A DNA stretch of 64,000 bases from an uncultured Halobacteriales archaeon (GTDB taxonomy: Archaea > Halobacteriota > Halobacteria > Halobacteriales > Hikarchaeaceae): positions 249 through 64,248 of the forward strand of contig CAZEDI010000004.1 of NCBI GenBank assembly GCA_964510865.1, in the 5' to 3' direction. Below the pieces are notes generated by a model. That model was given only the letters and a program-made list of their open reading frames with translations. It was not told where the DNA came from and made no database searches. The first letter of the stretch is position 1; every line of letters begins with the position of its first letter. Shown here piece after piece: positions 18,306-28,232 of the stretch. A program made the position numbers and the translations under genes.

Positions 18306-18662
18306 TCAGGCGGTCGTGAGAAGGATTGTCCAACTCACGAACCAGAGAGAGAACGTCATGAAGACGACGTAGAGATTGTCCTTCGTGGAGAAGTCGGTGA
18401 CGTCGACACCAGCGAGATACATGAGTGCGTATTCCACAGCAACGACACCCGCAAGTACGAGGAAGCCAACCGTATCTGTCGCCTGGAGTGCAGGCGTGGC
18501 TCCACTCGCGACCATCGATGAGATGACTCCCGCGAGGAGTCCGCCGAGGGTGGCGATCGTGGTGACCACGAGACTCCGCCGGTGAGCCGCACCACTGTCG
18601 GTGTCAGCCGCCCCTCCGTCTGTTACTTCGGCGGACCCGCTGTCGGCCGTCTCCGTCGCCAT
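18306..18662 (-). CDS. small membrane protein, function unknown
   Basis: Acidic N-terminus followed by three TM segments. Start chosen at MATETADSG (CAT 18660-18662). Confidence 0.55.
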   Translation of the reverse strand: MATETADSGSAEVTDGGAADTDSGAAHRRSLVVTTIATLGGLLAGVISSMVASGATPALQATDTVGFLVLAGVVAVEYALMYLAGVDVTDFSTKDNLYVVFMTFSLWFVSWTILLTTA

Positions 18663-18894
18663 ATCTGTGCCTGCGTGAGCAGCCGTGAAAAGCCGTTCGT
18701 TCCCGAGCGCGACTGTCGATCCCGCTCGTTCGTCAGTGCGGTCCGTCGGGTCTACGGGATTTGATCGGTACTGAGCCCGGCTGTATTCGCCTCCTCCACT
18801 GATAAAACTGCCCATCAACCCGGCTGATTTCCCCCTGTCCTAGGCTTTTTGTTTGGTATAAGGCTTTTATACCGTGCCGTTCTCGGTACCATCG

Positions 18895-19167
18895 ATGACG
18901 AAGGACGAAGAACTCGCCGACCTCCCTCCCAGCGCGAAGTTGGTGTACAAGGTCCTGGAGTATAATGGGGGATTAACACAGAAAGAGATCGTACAGGAGT
19001 CGATGCTATCGGCGCGAACAGTCCGGTATGCCCTGGAGCGCCTCGAGGAAATCGGCACGGTCACCGAGGACGTGTATTTCGCTGACGCCCGACAAAGCAT
19101 CTACGAGTTGCGGTGTCCCAGCGAGGAAGAAGAGTCGGCCGAAGCTGACGCGACTGCACTCGAGTAA
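18895..19167 (+). CDS. winged-helix (MarR/TrmB-like) DNA-binding protein
   Basis: LPPSAKLVYKVLEYNGGLTQKEIVQESMLSARTVRYALERLEEIG. TTTTATA box about 25 nt upstream of the ATG at 18895. Confidence 0.7.
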   Translation: MTKDEELADLPPSAKLVYKVLEYNGGLTQKEIVQESMLSARTVRYALERLEEIGTVTEDVYFADARQSIYELRCPSEEEESAEADATALE

Positions 19168-19202
19168 TCGTTTTTCCTCGGCGGCCTATTCGGTTCTCCT
19201 GC

Positions 19203-21065
19203 CTATGATGGAACGACTGTTATCTCACGACGCTGGTCAATCGCTTCCTCTAGTTCTTCCGCGATTGCGCTTCCGCGAGAGACTTGTATCTCGCCACCGC
19301 GACCGACCGTCGCGGTGAACAGATACTCACCATCGGCGCGCACTTCGACAGTCTCGCCGGCGCTTCCATCTACCGGAACAAGCACGTGTTGACCCGTGAT
19401 TTCCGGCGTGACCATCTGCCCCTGACTGTGCGATACGGATCCCGACGGTGCAGGAGAATTGCCGCCTGACGATGCCGGTCGTTCGTCGTGTGTACGTACG
19501 TCAATATCGATGCCCAATCGATCCTCGACGTCGGCAATCCGTCCGCCGCCCTTGCCGATCACGGCGGAAATATCGTCGTCGTCGACATACACGACAGCCC
19601 GTTCCGAACTCGCGAATTCGACATCGACGTGCCCTCTCGCGATCGATCGGATTTCTCGTTCGACTTCCTGTCGCGCGAGGCGCTCGGTGCCACTTTCGCG
19701 AGGCTCCGTTTCACTTTCCTCCCCGATAGGGACCGTGACGACCTGGCGGTTGAACGTGTAAATCTCGTACGCTGGATTGCCGGTCTCGAAGTCGGAAATG
19801 ACGATAACCGGACGTGCGAGATCCTCCTCGGTGAGCCCCTGGGGAACCTTAACCTCGGTGTGAACATCGTACACCGTCGTGACTTCTCCCGCCTCGATGT
19901 AGATCACGGTATCGACCACTTGTGGGATCAGGCCAAGCTCGACGCGCCCGATGAGTCGCTGGAGGGCGTCGATGGCCCGTGTCGCGTGGACGACACCGAT
20001 CATCCCAACCCCCGCGAGCCGCATGTCGGCGAACACTTCGAAGTCCTCGGTCTTCCTGACCTCGTCGTAGACGGTATAGTCGGGGCGGACCATCAGGAGG
20101 GAGTCCGCAGTCTTCGCCATGTCCCCGCCAAGTTCCGTGTACTGTGTGATCTCCGGGCCGACCTGGAGGTCACGTGGCTTCTCCATCGTCTTCACCGCGT
20201 AATCGTTGCCGACGAGAAATTCCGCGACCGCCTGCGCAAAGGTGGTTTTACCGGCACCAGGAGAACCTGCGATCAGGACACCCCGTTGTCGCTCTAAGAG
20301 CCGCTCTTTTAGCTCGTCGGCGTGGTCGTAGTTCTCGAGGTCCGTCTCGACGATCGGGCGGACGGCCGTGATCTCCCAGCCGTCGGCAAAGGGCGGGCGT
20401 GCAATAGCGATCCGGTTATTCTTGAACTGGATGATCTGCATCCCGGGCTCATCGAGCTCGATGAAGCCTTCGTGATGCTGCTTCGCGGCATTGACGATTT
20501 CCTCTGCCCAGGTGGTGAGCTCCTCCTCGGTAGCCACCTCATCCCGGATCGGTTCGTAGTGCATGTCACCGATGTCACCGCGCTTTGCCATCGGGGACGC
20601 ACCCGTTCGCAAATGGACGCTCATCGTTGACGCGTCGAAAAACTCCTCGATAGGCAATTCACCGATCTCTTCGGTCTCCGGGGAAACGTACTCCACCTCG
20701 AGGCCCTTCGCCCGAGCGACCTCGCTTTGGACGCGGTCGGATGTGAGAATGGACGCACCGTGCTCCTCAGCAAGTTCGCGGATCAGCGCATCGATCTCAC
20801 CACTTGCAGCTTCACGACGCTCGCCCTCCGTCGGTCGACGGCCGATATACTCGACGGAGATGGCTCCCTCGTCCGCCAAATCCGCAAGCTGTTGAAGTTC
20901 TTCGAGTCCGTGCCACCCCGTATCGATACCGTTGTTCGCCTGCGCTTCGAGTTCGGCGACGACTGATTCCGGAATGAGTACCGTGGCGTCTGCGTACTCG
21001 CCGGACGAGACGCGCTCGGAAACACGCCCGTCGATAATCACGCTCGTGTCCGGCACTAGTTTCAT
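19203..21065 (-). CDS. PIN-domain / PilT-like ATPase / KH-domain protein (PINc/VapC-family ATPase)
   Basis: MKLVPDTSVIIDG (PIN), Walker A GSPGAGKTT, C-terminal KH-like VIGKGGGRIADVE. Start taken at MKLVPD (21065). Confidence 0.85.
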   Translation of the reverse strand: MKLVPDTSVIIDGRVSERVSSGEYADATVLIPESVVAELEAQANNGIDTGWHGLEELQQLADLADEGAISVEYIGRRPTEGERREAASGEIDALIRELAEEHGASILTSDRVQSEVARAKGLEVEYVSPETEEIGELPIEEFFDASTMSVHLRTGASPMAKRGDIGDMHYEPIRDEVATEEELTTWAEEIVNAAKQHHEGFIELDEPGMQIIQFKNNRIAIARPPFADGWEITAVRPIVETDLENYDHADELKERLLERQRGVLIAGSPGAGKTTFAQAVAEFLVGNDYAVKTMEKPRDLQVGPEITQYTELGGDMAKTADSLLMVRPDYTVYDEVRKTEDFEVFADMRLAGVGMIGVVHATRAIDALQRLIGRVELGLIPQVVDTVIYIEAGEVTTVYDVHTEVKVPQGLTEEDLARPVIVISDFETGNPAYEIYTFNRQVVTVPIGEESETEPRESGTERLARQEVEREIRSIARGHVDVEFASSERAVVYVDDDDISAVIGKGGGRIADVEDRLGIDIDVRTHDERPASSGGNSPAPSGSVSHSQGQMVTPEITGQHVLVPVDGSAGETVEVRADGEYLFTATVGRGGEIQVSRGSAIAEELEEAIDQRREITVVPS

Positions 21066-21235
21066 GCCCTCATATCGGGCAGGGATCGGTAAAAGGGTGT
21101 TCAACCGGGGAACGAACGCGTTCTCGAGGGTGGCTGCACGTTTGGCGGGTGAAACGCACCCCCGCCACGACACTGACACCGTATCATCCTATCGTGGCAT
21201 CCAGGTAGCAGGCTCCGGTAGCTTCACGAACGGGA

Positions 21236-22303
21236 TTACTCAACTGCGGAATTGCCGATATCGAGCGGGTCTGTCACCTCGCCCATGATCGCTTCGAACG
21301 CGTCAGTAGCCGTGAGAAGGCCGACGACGGTCCCATTCGAGAGAATGAGTGCGAGCTCCTGTCCTTCGTCCTGGAACTGATCGATCGCATCGCTCACAGT
21401 CGTGTCCGCAGACAACGTCATCGGTGGTGCGGCGATGTCCGAGAGGTGCAACTCGCCGTCACGGAGATCATCGACGTGATTGACGACGGAGGGGACATAG
21501 ACAATTCCCTGGAAGTCCTCACGCGTTTCACCCACGAGGGGGTACCGAGTGTGTGGAGAGTTGGTCATTCGCCGAATATTCTCGTCGATCGACTCGTCGG
21601 TCGAGAGGAACACGACATTATCAACGTGGACCATCTCTTCGTCGATCGTCCGTGTGCCGACGGTAAGCGCGTTGAGGACCTCCTGGTACCGCTCCTCCGA
21701 GAGCCCCCCTCGGTCGAGCAATGACTTCAGGCGGTTCCGGAGTTGGCCACGCGATTCGATGACATCCTCCTCTGTTTCGAGCCAGGCGCCAGTCATCTTG
21801 ACGCCGAAGAGTCTGAGCGTTCCCTTCGCGACGGTATCGCCAATTCGCATGATCGGGGAGATGAGCCATGCGAACCAGTACAATGGCCGCGCGCCGTATC
21901 GGCAAACCGTCTTCGACCGCTCGACGCCGAGGTACGTGGGCGTTTGTTCCCCGTGGGTGAGGTGGAGCAAATTGATGATCGCGTAGGCGATGAGTGCGCC
22001 TGCACCGATCGAAGCCAGCGCACTGTTCGCAAAGAACGGTTCGAACAGGGACGCGAGTGCCGGCTCGGCCACGATGCCGACCGCGATACTCGATGCAGTA
22101 ATGCCAACCTGACAACTAGTGAGGTAGATTTCGAGATCGTGCGTCATCTCCCATGCCAACCGAAGTGCGGGTGTATCAAACTCCGACTCGGGATATTGCC
22201 TGACCCGTGTCAGGGCGAACTCGATCGCGACGAAGAACCCGTTCGCCAAGATGAGAAGGATTCCTGCGACGAGCCGAATTCCGATCTCGAGCGGCGTCAT
22301 CAA
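21236..22303 (-). CDS. CNNM/DUF21 transmembrane plus CBS-pair protein (hemolysin-family), without a CorC_HlyC tail
   Basis: LILANGFFVAIEFALTRVR is the DUF21 signature. A CBS-like region follows. Confidence 0.85.
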   Translation of the reverse strand: MMTPLEIGIRLVAGILLILANGFFVAIEFALTRVRQYPESEFDTPALRLAWEMTHDLEIYLTSCQVGITASSIAVGIVAEPALASLFEPFFANSALASIGAGALIAYAIINLLHLTHGEQTPTYLGVERSKTVCRYGARPLYWFAWLISPIMRIGDTVAKGTLRLFGVKMTGAWLETEEDVIESRGQLRNRLKSLLDRGGLSEERYQEVLNALTVGTRTIDEEMVHVDNVVFLSTDESIDENIRRMTNSPHTRYPLVGETREDFQGIVYVPSVVNHVDDLRDGELHLSDIAAPPMTLSADTTVSDAIDQFQDEGQELALILSNGTVVGLLTATDAFEAIMGEVTDPLDIGNSAVE

Positions 22304-22420
22304 CCGGACCTATGGAGGCTTTACGGGAAAGATGTCCGGATGGCAGGTGTACGATGATCCATCTCGTTCGCACCGCGTGTAGATATCGCCGCTGCTCGGC
22401 ACGAACACGCGGATCGTCGA

Positions 22421-23398
22421 CTATTCCTGAGCTGCCTCTCGTTCCCCACCTGGGTCGATCTCGACGTCGATTGCGTAGTAATCGAGGGTGTAGAGGACGA
22501 TCGCACCGACGATAGCCACGAGTGAAAACTCCATCATCGTAGCCTGTGTCCACCCAATTGCCTCCCGGCCGCCAATCTCGGCGATCGGTGCGCGGAGTGC
22601 CCCGACAACCAGCGCAACGAGAAACGCCATCGTCGTTTCCGGGTCACGATCGAGGGCGTGATCGACAAGCCGGGCGACGGAGAGGAGACCTATTACTGCG
22701 CCTGCGATGAAAATCAACACGACGGTTCCGGGATCGACAAGTCTGTCGATCTCGTCGCCGGAGGCCACGCCACCGATTCGGTCGATGAACTCGCTGAGCA
22801 CGCCGATCATGTAGGTATACTGGCCGAGAATGATGAGGAGGAGAGATCCTGAAATCCCCGGGAGAATCATCGCGCTGACCGCGATCATCCCGGCGACGAA
22901 CACGATAGGCAACGCATTCCCCGTGAGAACCGTGTGGTTCCCCGAGACGACGAATGCAATGAGAAACCCGACGAGTGTGGCAGCGAAGTGGCGGGGTGCG
23001 GTGAGATTGACCTGTCGGGCGAGAACGACGACCGACGCCGCAATGAGCCCGAAGAAGAATCCGAAGAGCGCGACGGGATAGTGTTCGTTCGCGTAGTCCA
23101 CAACGCGGGTCACGAGCACGATAGCAGTAATGACGCCCACGCCCAGTGGAAGGAGGAAGACCGCATCGATGTCTGCGAGGACGTCGCGAATTGCGTCACG
23201 GTCGGGTGGGAGAAACGCCGAAAGAAACCGAATGCCGTTTCGTGGTGTCAGCGCAGTGATCGCGTCAATGAGGCGCGAGTAGACACCGGCAATAAGGGCG
23301 ATCGTCCCGCCGGAGACGCCGGGGACGCCGTCCGCGGTTCCCATACAGAAACCGATGACGTACGTCCGGAGGAGGTCTCGCGGCGCAGTACCGTCCAT
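22421..23398 (-). CDS. DUF368-family membrane protein
   Basis: GFCMGTADGVPGVSGGTIALIAGVY and a second ILPGISGS motif. Start at MDGTAPRD. Confidence 0.85.
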   Translation of the reverse strand: MDGTAPRDLLRTYVIGFCMGTADGVPGVSGGTIALIAGVYSRLIDAITALTPRNGIRFLSAFLPPDRDAIRDVLADIDAVFLLPLGVGVITAIVLVTRVVDYANEHYPVALFGFFFGLIAASVVVLARQVNLTAPRHFAATLVGFLIAFVVSGNHTVLTGNALPIVFVAGMIAVSAMILPGISGSLLLIILGQYTYMIGVLSEFIDRIGGVASGDEIDRLVDPGTVVLIFIAGAVIGLLSVARLVDHALDRDPETTMAFLVALVVGALRAPIAEIGGREAIGWTQATMMEFSLVAIVGAIVLYTLDYYAIDVEIDPGGEREAAQE

Positions 23399-23457
23399 GG
23401 GAGGTCGATTCACCGATACCGGACAAGTCTCTTGTGAAGTCCGACCGCAGGAGGGGT

Positions 23458-24561
23458 ATGACAATCGCCGATCTCGCCCGCGACCTCGTGTCGATCCCCA
23501 GCCACGAAGACGAGATGGAGGTGGGAGACGTCATCGAGGAGTGGTTGCACACGCATACGGACGCGACCGTGACACGTGATGGTGGGGTGCCGGACGGTGA
23601 CGGTGGGGGAAACGTGATTGCCAGGAAAGGGACGGGTTCTGCGTCGCTTGCACTCGTCGGGCACCACGACGTGGTCCCACCAGACCAGTCACAGGTCGAC
23701 GATGAGCAGTACGTAGTCTTCGACCAGGATGGCCGTCTGTACGGCCGTGGCTCGGCGGATATGAAGGGCGCCGTCGCCGCGATGTTGTACGCTTTCCGGG
23801 ATGCCGACCCGGCGGATGAACTCGTTTTCGCGTCCTTTGTCGCGGAGGAGCAGGGCGGTCTCGGTGCACAGGCTGCGGTCGATCGCGGGTTTACCCCAGA
23901 CTACGCCATCGTCGGGGAGGGCTCGACAGGGTACTCCGCACCAGGCGTTACCGATGTCGCGATCGCTCACAAGGGACGACGAGGGAGTACGATCACCGCC
24001 ACGGGGTCTGCCGCTCACGCGAGCGAACCTGACGCCGGCGAGAACGCCATCTACCGTGCGTGTGAGGCTATCGACATCGTCCGTGAGCTTGAATACCCCC
24101 ATACAACCGTTCTCGGGCACGCCGTGTCGGGGAGCGTCGTTGTCACAGAAATTGAAGGCGGCTCTGCATGGAACGTGATTCCCGAGACCTGTGAGATAAC
24201 CGTCGACGAACGAACTGTCCCCGGTCAGCGTGTGTCGCTCGACGACGTCGAGGCTGTCGACGGCGTGTCCTGGCACGTCGACCAGGACCTCCCCCCGATG
24301 GCCTGCGACAACCGTGCATTCGCAGATGTGGTGCGTCGGGCTGCTGACGGAGCCCAATCGGGTAGCCCCGAAGCAGTCGTCAAACCCCATGCAACCGACG
24401 CGGGGTGGCTCGCTCGAGGAGGAACGACATGTGTCATCTGTGGGCCAGCGGAGCTGGGCGAAGCGCACACTGCTGAGGAGAGCGTTTCGCTAGAGGTGCT
24501 TGAACGATGTAGCGAGATTTACCGTAGCGTGGCGGAGACATGGACGGCTACGGACACCTGA
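23458..24561 (+). CDS. M20-family metallopeptidase (ArgE/DapE-like deacylase)
   Basis: LVGHHDVVPP ... GRGSADMKG ... EEQGG ... GEAHTAEE. Confidence 0.85.
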   Translation: MTIADLARDLVSIPSHEDEMEVGDVIEEWLHTHTDATVTRDGGVPDGDGGGNVIARKGTGSASLALVGHHDVVPPDQSQVDDEQYVVFDQDGRLYGRGSADMKGAVAAMLYAFRDADPADELVFASFVAEEQGGLGAQAAVDRGFTPDYAIVGEGSTGYSAPGVTDVAIAHKGRRGSTITATGSAAHASEPDAGENAIYRACEAIDIVRELEYPHTTVLGHAVSGSVVVTEIEGGSAWNVIPETCEITVDERTVPGQRVSLDDVEAVDGVSWHVDQDLPPMACDNRAFADVVRRAADGAQSGSPEAVVKPHATDAGWLARGGTTCVICGPAELGEAHTAEESVSLEVLERCSEIYRSVAETWTATDT

Positions 24562-24731
24562 CGTTTCTCGGCTCCCTCGATCATTCGTGACTGATTCGAC
24601 ACAGAGGACGATCGAGAAGTAGGAACCTCGCCAGACACGGAAGACACGTTTCGGTCATTCTCGAATCCTGAGAATGTGCAACCCCTCCTTTCCCTCGTGA
24701 TCGCGGACCATCATGTGTGGAGGGAGTTCCA

Positions 24732-26186
24732 ATGACAACGATCCCAGAAACGACACGTCGTCGTGTCCTGACAGCCCTCGGTCTCGGTACCGTGGGATCG
24801 GTTGCCGGCTGTATCAGTGCGCCAACCAATACTGGAACCGAGGAGCCGACTGCAACACGTACCCCGACGCAACCAAATATGAACACGGTTGCCACCACGG
24901 ACGTCGATCGCATCGCGGCAGATCCGACAGATATCCCTGGCCCGATAGACAGGGACGGCCCTGCAGAATTGTCGGTTGAACTTACGACCCGAGAACTCGT
25001 TGCCGAGGTCGAACCCGGCGTTACCTACACGTATATGACGTTCGACGGGCAGATTCCGGGGCCGATGCTCAGGGCCCGGGTCGGGGATCGCGTCACTGTG
25101 TCCGTTACCAATCACGAATCGAATTCGATGCCGCACAATGTCGATCTGCACGCGGTTCGTGGTCCGGGCGGCGGAGCCGAGGCGTCACTCGTCGCCCCAG
25201 GTGAGACGAAGTCATTTCGCTTCACGGCCACCTATCCAGGGCTGTTCATCTATCACTGTGCCGTCCCGAATCTAGACTACCACATCTCGAGTGGGATGTT
25301 CGGCGCGATCCTGATCGAGCCCGAAGACGGCCTCCCATCCGTCGACCACGAGTTCTACCTTGGCCAGCACGAACTCTATACGACCGGCAATCCCGGTGAT
25401 GAAGGGCATCACGACTTCGATTTCGGCGGCATGCAGCGCGAGAATCCGACCTATGTCCTGATGAATGGTGAGAAGTATGCAATCGGACCCGATGGCTACA
25501 ACGAGTTGCAGATGCAACGGGGCGAGTCGGTGCGGATCTACTTCGCCGTGGGTGGTCCAAACCTCACCTCGAGTTTCCACCCCATCGGGTCGGTCTGGGA
25601 TGAGGTCTGGCCACAAGGAGCGATCGAGAGTGACCCCCACCGGAATGTCCAAACCACGCCCGTCCTCCCTGGCTCGACCTGTATTGCGACGCTACATACA
25701 CCCGTTCCCGGGCCAGTGAAACTGGTCGATCACGCGCTTTCACGTGTCGCCCGCAAAGGCTGTATGGCTATCATCGACGTCGAAGGTGAACCGAATCCAG
25801 ACATCTTCGACCCAATGGAAACCGCGTCGGGACCTCCGGCGAGTGACGACGACTTCGATGGGTGGTTCGATAATGTTGACAACTTCGACGGCGTCGTCGA
25901 CCGAACAGGTGAATCAGAGATCGTCGTCGAGGTCGGATCGCAAGCCAATGGTGGCCCGTACGGATTCGACCCTGCAGCTGTACAGGTGAGTCCAGGCACG
26001 ACCGTTACCTGGGAGTGGGTCGCAGATATGCACAACGTCGTCGCACAGGATGGATCGTTCGAAAGTCAGCTGACCGACGAGGTTGGTCATACATTCAGCC
26101 ACCGATTCGACACTACTAGGACCCACAAGTACGTCTGTGTCCCCCACGAAGCAATGGGGATGAAAGGAGCAGTTGTCGTCGAGTAG
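24732..26186 (+). CDS. nirK: copper-containing nitrite reductase (NirK) fused to a C-terminal halocyanin-type cupredoxin domain; Tat lipoprotein
   Basis: TRRRVLTALGLGTVGSVAGC (Tat plus lipobox). MPHNVDLHAV, YHCAVPNLDYHISSGMFGAILIEP, FHPIGSVWDEVW, VDHALSR (T1Cu/T2Cu ligands). C-terminal FDGWFDNVDNFDG...GTTVTWEW..DMHNVV...YVCVPHEAMGMKG is a halocyanin fold (about 25851-26183). Confidence 0.85.
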   Translation: MTTIPETTRRRVLTALGLGTVGSVAGCISAPTNTGTEEPTATRTPTQPNMNTVATTDVDRIAADPTDIPGPIDRDGPAELSVELTTRELVAEVEPGVTYTYMTFDGQIPGPMLRARVGDRVTVSVTNHESNSMPHNVDLHAVRGPGGGAEASLVAPGETKSFRFTATYPGLFIYHCAVPNLDYHISSGMFGAILIEPEDGLPSVDHEFYLGQHELYTTGNPGDEGHHDFDFGGMQRENPTYVLMNGEKYAIGPDGYNELQMQRGESVRIYFAVGGPNLTSSFHPIGSVWDEVWPQGAIESDPHRNVQTTPVLPGSTCIATLHTPVPGPVKLVDHALSRVARKGCMAIIDVEGEPNPDIFDPMETASGPPASDDDFDGWFDNVDNFDGVVDRTGESEIVVEVGSQANGGPYGFDPAAVQVSPGTTVTWEWVADMHNVVAQDGSFESQLTDEVGHTFSHRFDTTRTHKYVCVPHEAMGMKGAVVVE

Positions 26187-26289
26187 ATCGTATCGTGGAC
26201 CCTTGTCGTTCGCAACGGTTCGGCCACCACTCTCCTGACGGTTTCACCGGGGGGCTGAGATACTTGACGTGCCCGTCCCAAGAAGTGGT

Positions 26290-27804
26290 ATGGCAGAAGC
26301 CGAATCAGCTGAGGCGCCTGACGCCTACGAGCAATTGCTCGAACACTATCGCAGGATTTCGTACCTCCAGTCTGCATCGGGTGTCCTCAGTTGGGACCAA
26401 CAAGTGACGATGCCGGACGCTGGAACCCCGGCGCGATCGAAACAACAATCGACGATTTCGGGACTCAGTCACGAACTCCTAACCGACGACGACGTCGCGG
26501 ACTGGCTCGATACGCTGGATGGTACCGACCTCACGGGCAAACAGGCCGCCGTCGTTCGGGAGATCGATCGACAGCACCGCCGAAACGACCGTGTGCCACA
26601 AGAGGTAGTCGAGGAAATCTCCCGGAAAAGTTCGGAGGCCCTCCCGGTCTGGGAAGAGGCGAAGGAAACGGACGATTTCGAGTTATTTGCTCCCACTCTA
26701 GAGGAACTCATCGAACTCAAGCGGGAGTACGCCGAGCACATCGACCCGGACAAAGACCCATACGAGGTACTGTTCGATGACTACGAGCCCTATATAGATC
26801 TCGATACGGCTGAACGAATTCTCACCCGCTTGCGGGATGCTCTCGTCCCACTCATCGACGACCTCAATAATGCCGATGCCGACCTCGCATCCCTGTTCGA
26901 AGGCGAGACTTACCCCGAGGCAGCCCAGGAAGCGGTGTCGCGAGCGATCTTGGATGACCTTGGCTATGACTGGGGCCGTGGTCGTCTCGATACGTCCTCA
27001 CACCCGTTTACCTCGGGGAATCAGTTCGACTGCCGAATCACGACCCGCTTTGACGAATCCGATCCGCTTGGCGCGCTCACGGCGACAATCCACGAGTTCG
27101 GTCACGCGAGTTACACTCTCGGTCTTCCACAGGACGCGTTCGGAACACCACTCGGGTCGTCGCGGGATCTCACGGTTCACGAATCCCAGTCCCGGTTCTG
27201 GGAGAACCATGTCGGACGAACGACGGCATTCTGGGATCGCCATCTCGACACCCTCCGAGAGCACTTTAATGGCCTCGACGCTGCCACGTCCCGCGAAGCC
27301 TACGAAGCGGCGAATCAGATCTATCCCGAGAACCTCATCCGCGTTGAAGCGGACGAGCTGACGTATCACATGCATATCGTCCTCCGATTCGAGATCGAAC
27401 GCGATCTCATTCGTGGTGATCTCGACGTTGCCGAAGTCCCACAGGTCTGGAATGACACCATGGAGGAGTACCTTGGCGTCCGTCCCGAAACGAACGCGGA
27501 GGGATGTCTCCAAGACATCCACTGGAGCCATGGGTCATTCGGTTACTTCCCGACCTATTCGCTCGGAAGCGTCCTCGCTGCCCAGCTCGATCACCACCTT
27601 CGCCAGGACCTCGGGAATGTCGATAGCATGGTCCGGGCAGGGGAGTTCGACCCCCTGCGTGAATGGATGGGCGAAAAGGTCCACCGCCATGGCTGTCGTT
27701 ACACCACCCCGGACCTGATCGAAGAAGCGACGGGTGAGGAATTCACGGCTGATTACTTCATCAAGTACGCAACGTCGAAATTCGGGGACCTCTACGATAT
27801 ATAG
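26290..27804 (+). CDS. carboxypeptidase M32 (Taq-type)
   Basis: HPFTSG, HEFGHASY, IRVEADELTY, DIHWSHG motifs. Confidence 0.9.
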   Translation: MAEAESAEAPDAYEQLLEHYRRISYLQSASGVLSWDQQVTMPDAGTPARSKQQSTISGLSHELLTDDDVADWLDTLDGTDLTGKQAAVVREIDRQHRRNDRVPQEVVEEISRKSSEALPVWEEAKETDDFELFAPTLEELIELKREYAEHIDPDKDPYEVLFDDYEPYIDLDTAERILTRLRDALVPLIDDLNNADADLASLFEGETYPEAAQEAVSRAILDDLGYDWGRGRLDTSSHPFTSGNQFDCRITTRFDESDPLGALTATIHEFGHASYTLGLPQDAFGTPLGSSRDLTVHESQSRFWENHVGRTTAFWDRHLDTLREHFNGLDAATSREAYEAANQIYPENLIRVEADELTYHMHIVLRFEIERDLIRGDLDVAEVPQVWNDTMEEYLGVRPETNAEGCLQDIHWSHGSFGYFPTYSLGSVLAAQLDHHLRQDLGNVDSMVRAGEFDPLREWMGEKVHRHGCRYTTPDLIEEATGEEFTADYFIKYATSKFGDLYDI

Positions 27805-27895
27805 AGGGATCGACCCGTCAGTGTCTCGCACTGGTGGTCGCAGATTTGGCTCCATGGTGAACTTTTATGTTATGCTGTACCATACCATAGCCTGT

Positions 27896-28087
27896 ATGGC
27901 GACCGCATCCGGGGACGATATGTTTGATCGGTTCCTCGAACAACGTGGACACGACGTACCGGAAACCTGGGACCGGAGCTATAACAAGAAACAGTGTCCA
28001 GACTGCGGTGGTATCCACGACCTCGACGCTGTAGAGTGTAGTGTCTGTGGCTGGCATTCTCACGAGACAGACGTGGTCGGGGATTGA
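27896..28087 (+). CDS. small CPxCG-type zinc-finger protein
   Basis: QCPDCGG ... CSVCGW. TTTTATG box about 27 nt upstream of the ATG at 27896. The track ORF's N-terminal extension overlaps the M32 gene. Confidence 0.6.
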   Translation: MATASGDDMFDRFLEQRGHDVPETWDRSYNKKQCPDCGGIHDLDAVECSVCGWHSHETDVVGD

Positions 28088-28232
28088 GCGAACCTCGACC
28101 CGGCACACGGTAGAAAGTGGTAGCCTGTGACAGGTGTCTCTCCTCACAAGTTGCCGGGATCGATAGCAGGAACGCCAACCCATGACTGGAATGTCAAATC
28201 CTTTATGACGTTCCGCGGCCTGTGACTGTGCA

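Noticed and set aside
16055-18319. Plus-strand ORFs 16055-17014 (319 aa) and 17720-18319 (199 aa)
   Set aside because: They are antisense to ABCE1 and SprT, which carry clear motifs. The translations are basic and Arg-rich with no motifs.
24732-26186. Treating the halocyanin part as a separate downstream gene
   Set aside because: There is no stop codon or start context between the NirK core and the cupredoxin domain in the given sequence; the frame is continuous. Only a sequencing error could split them.
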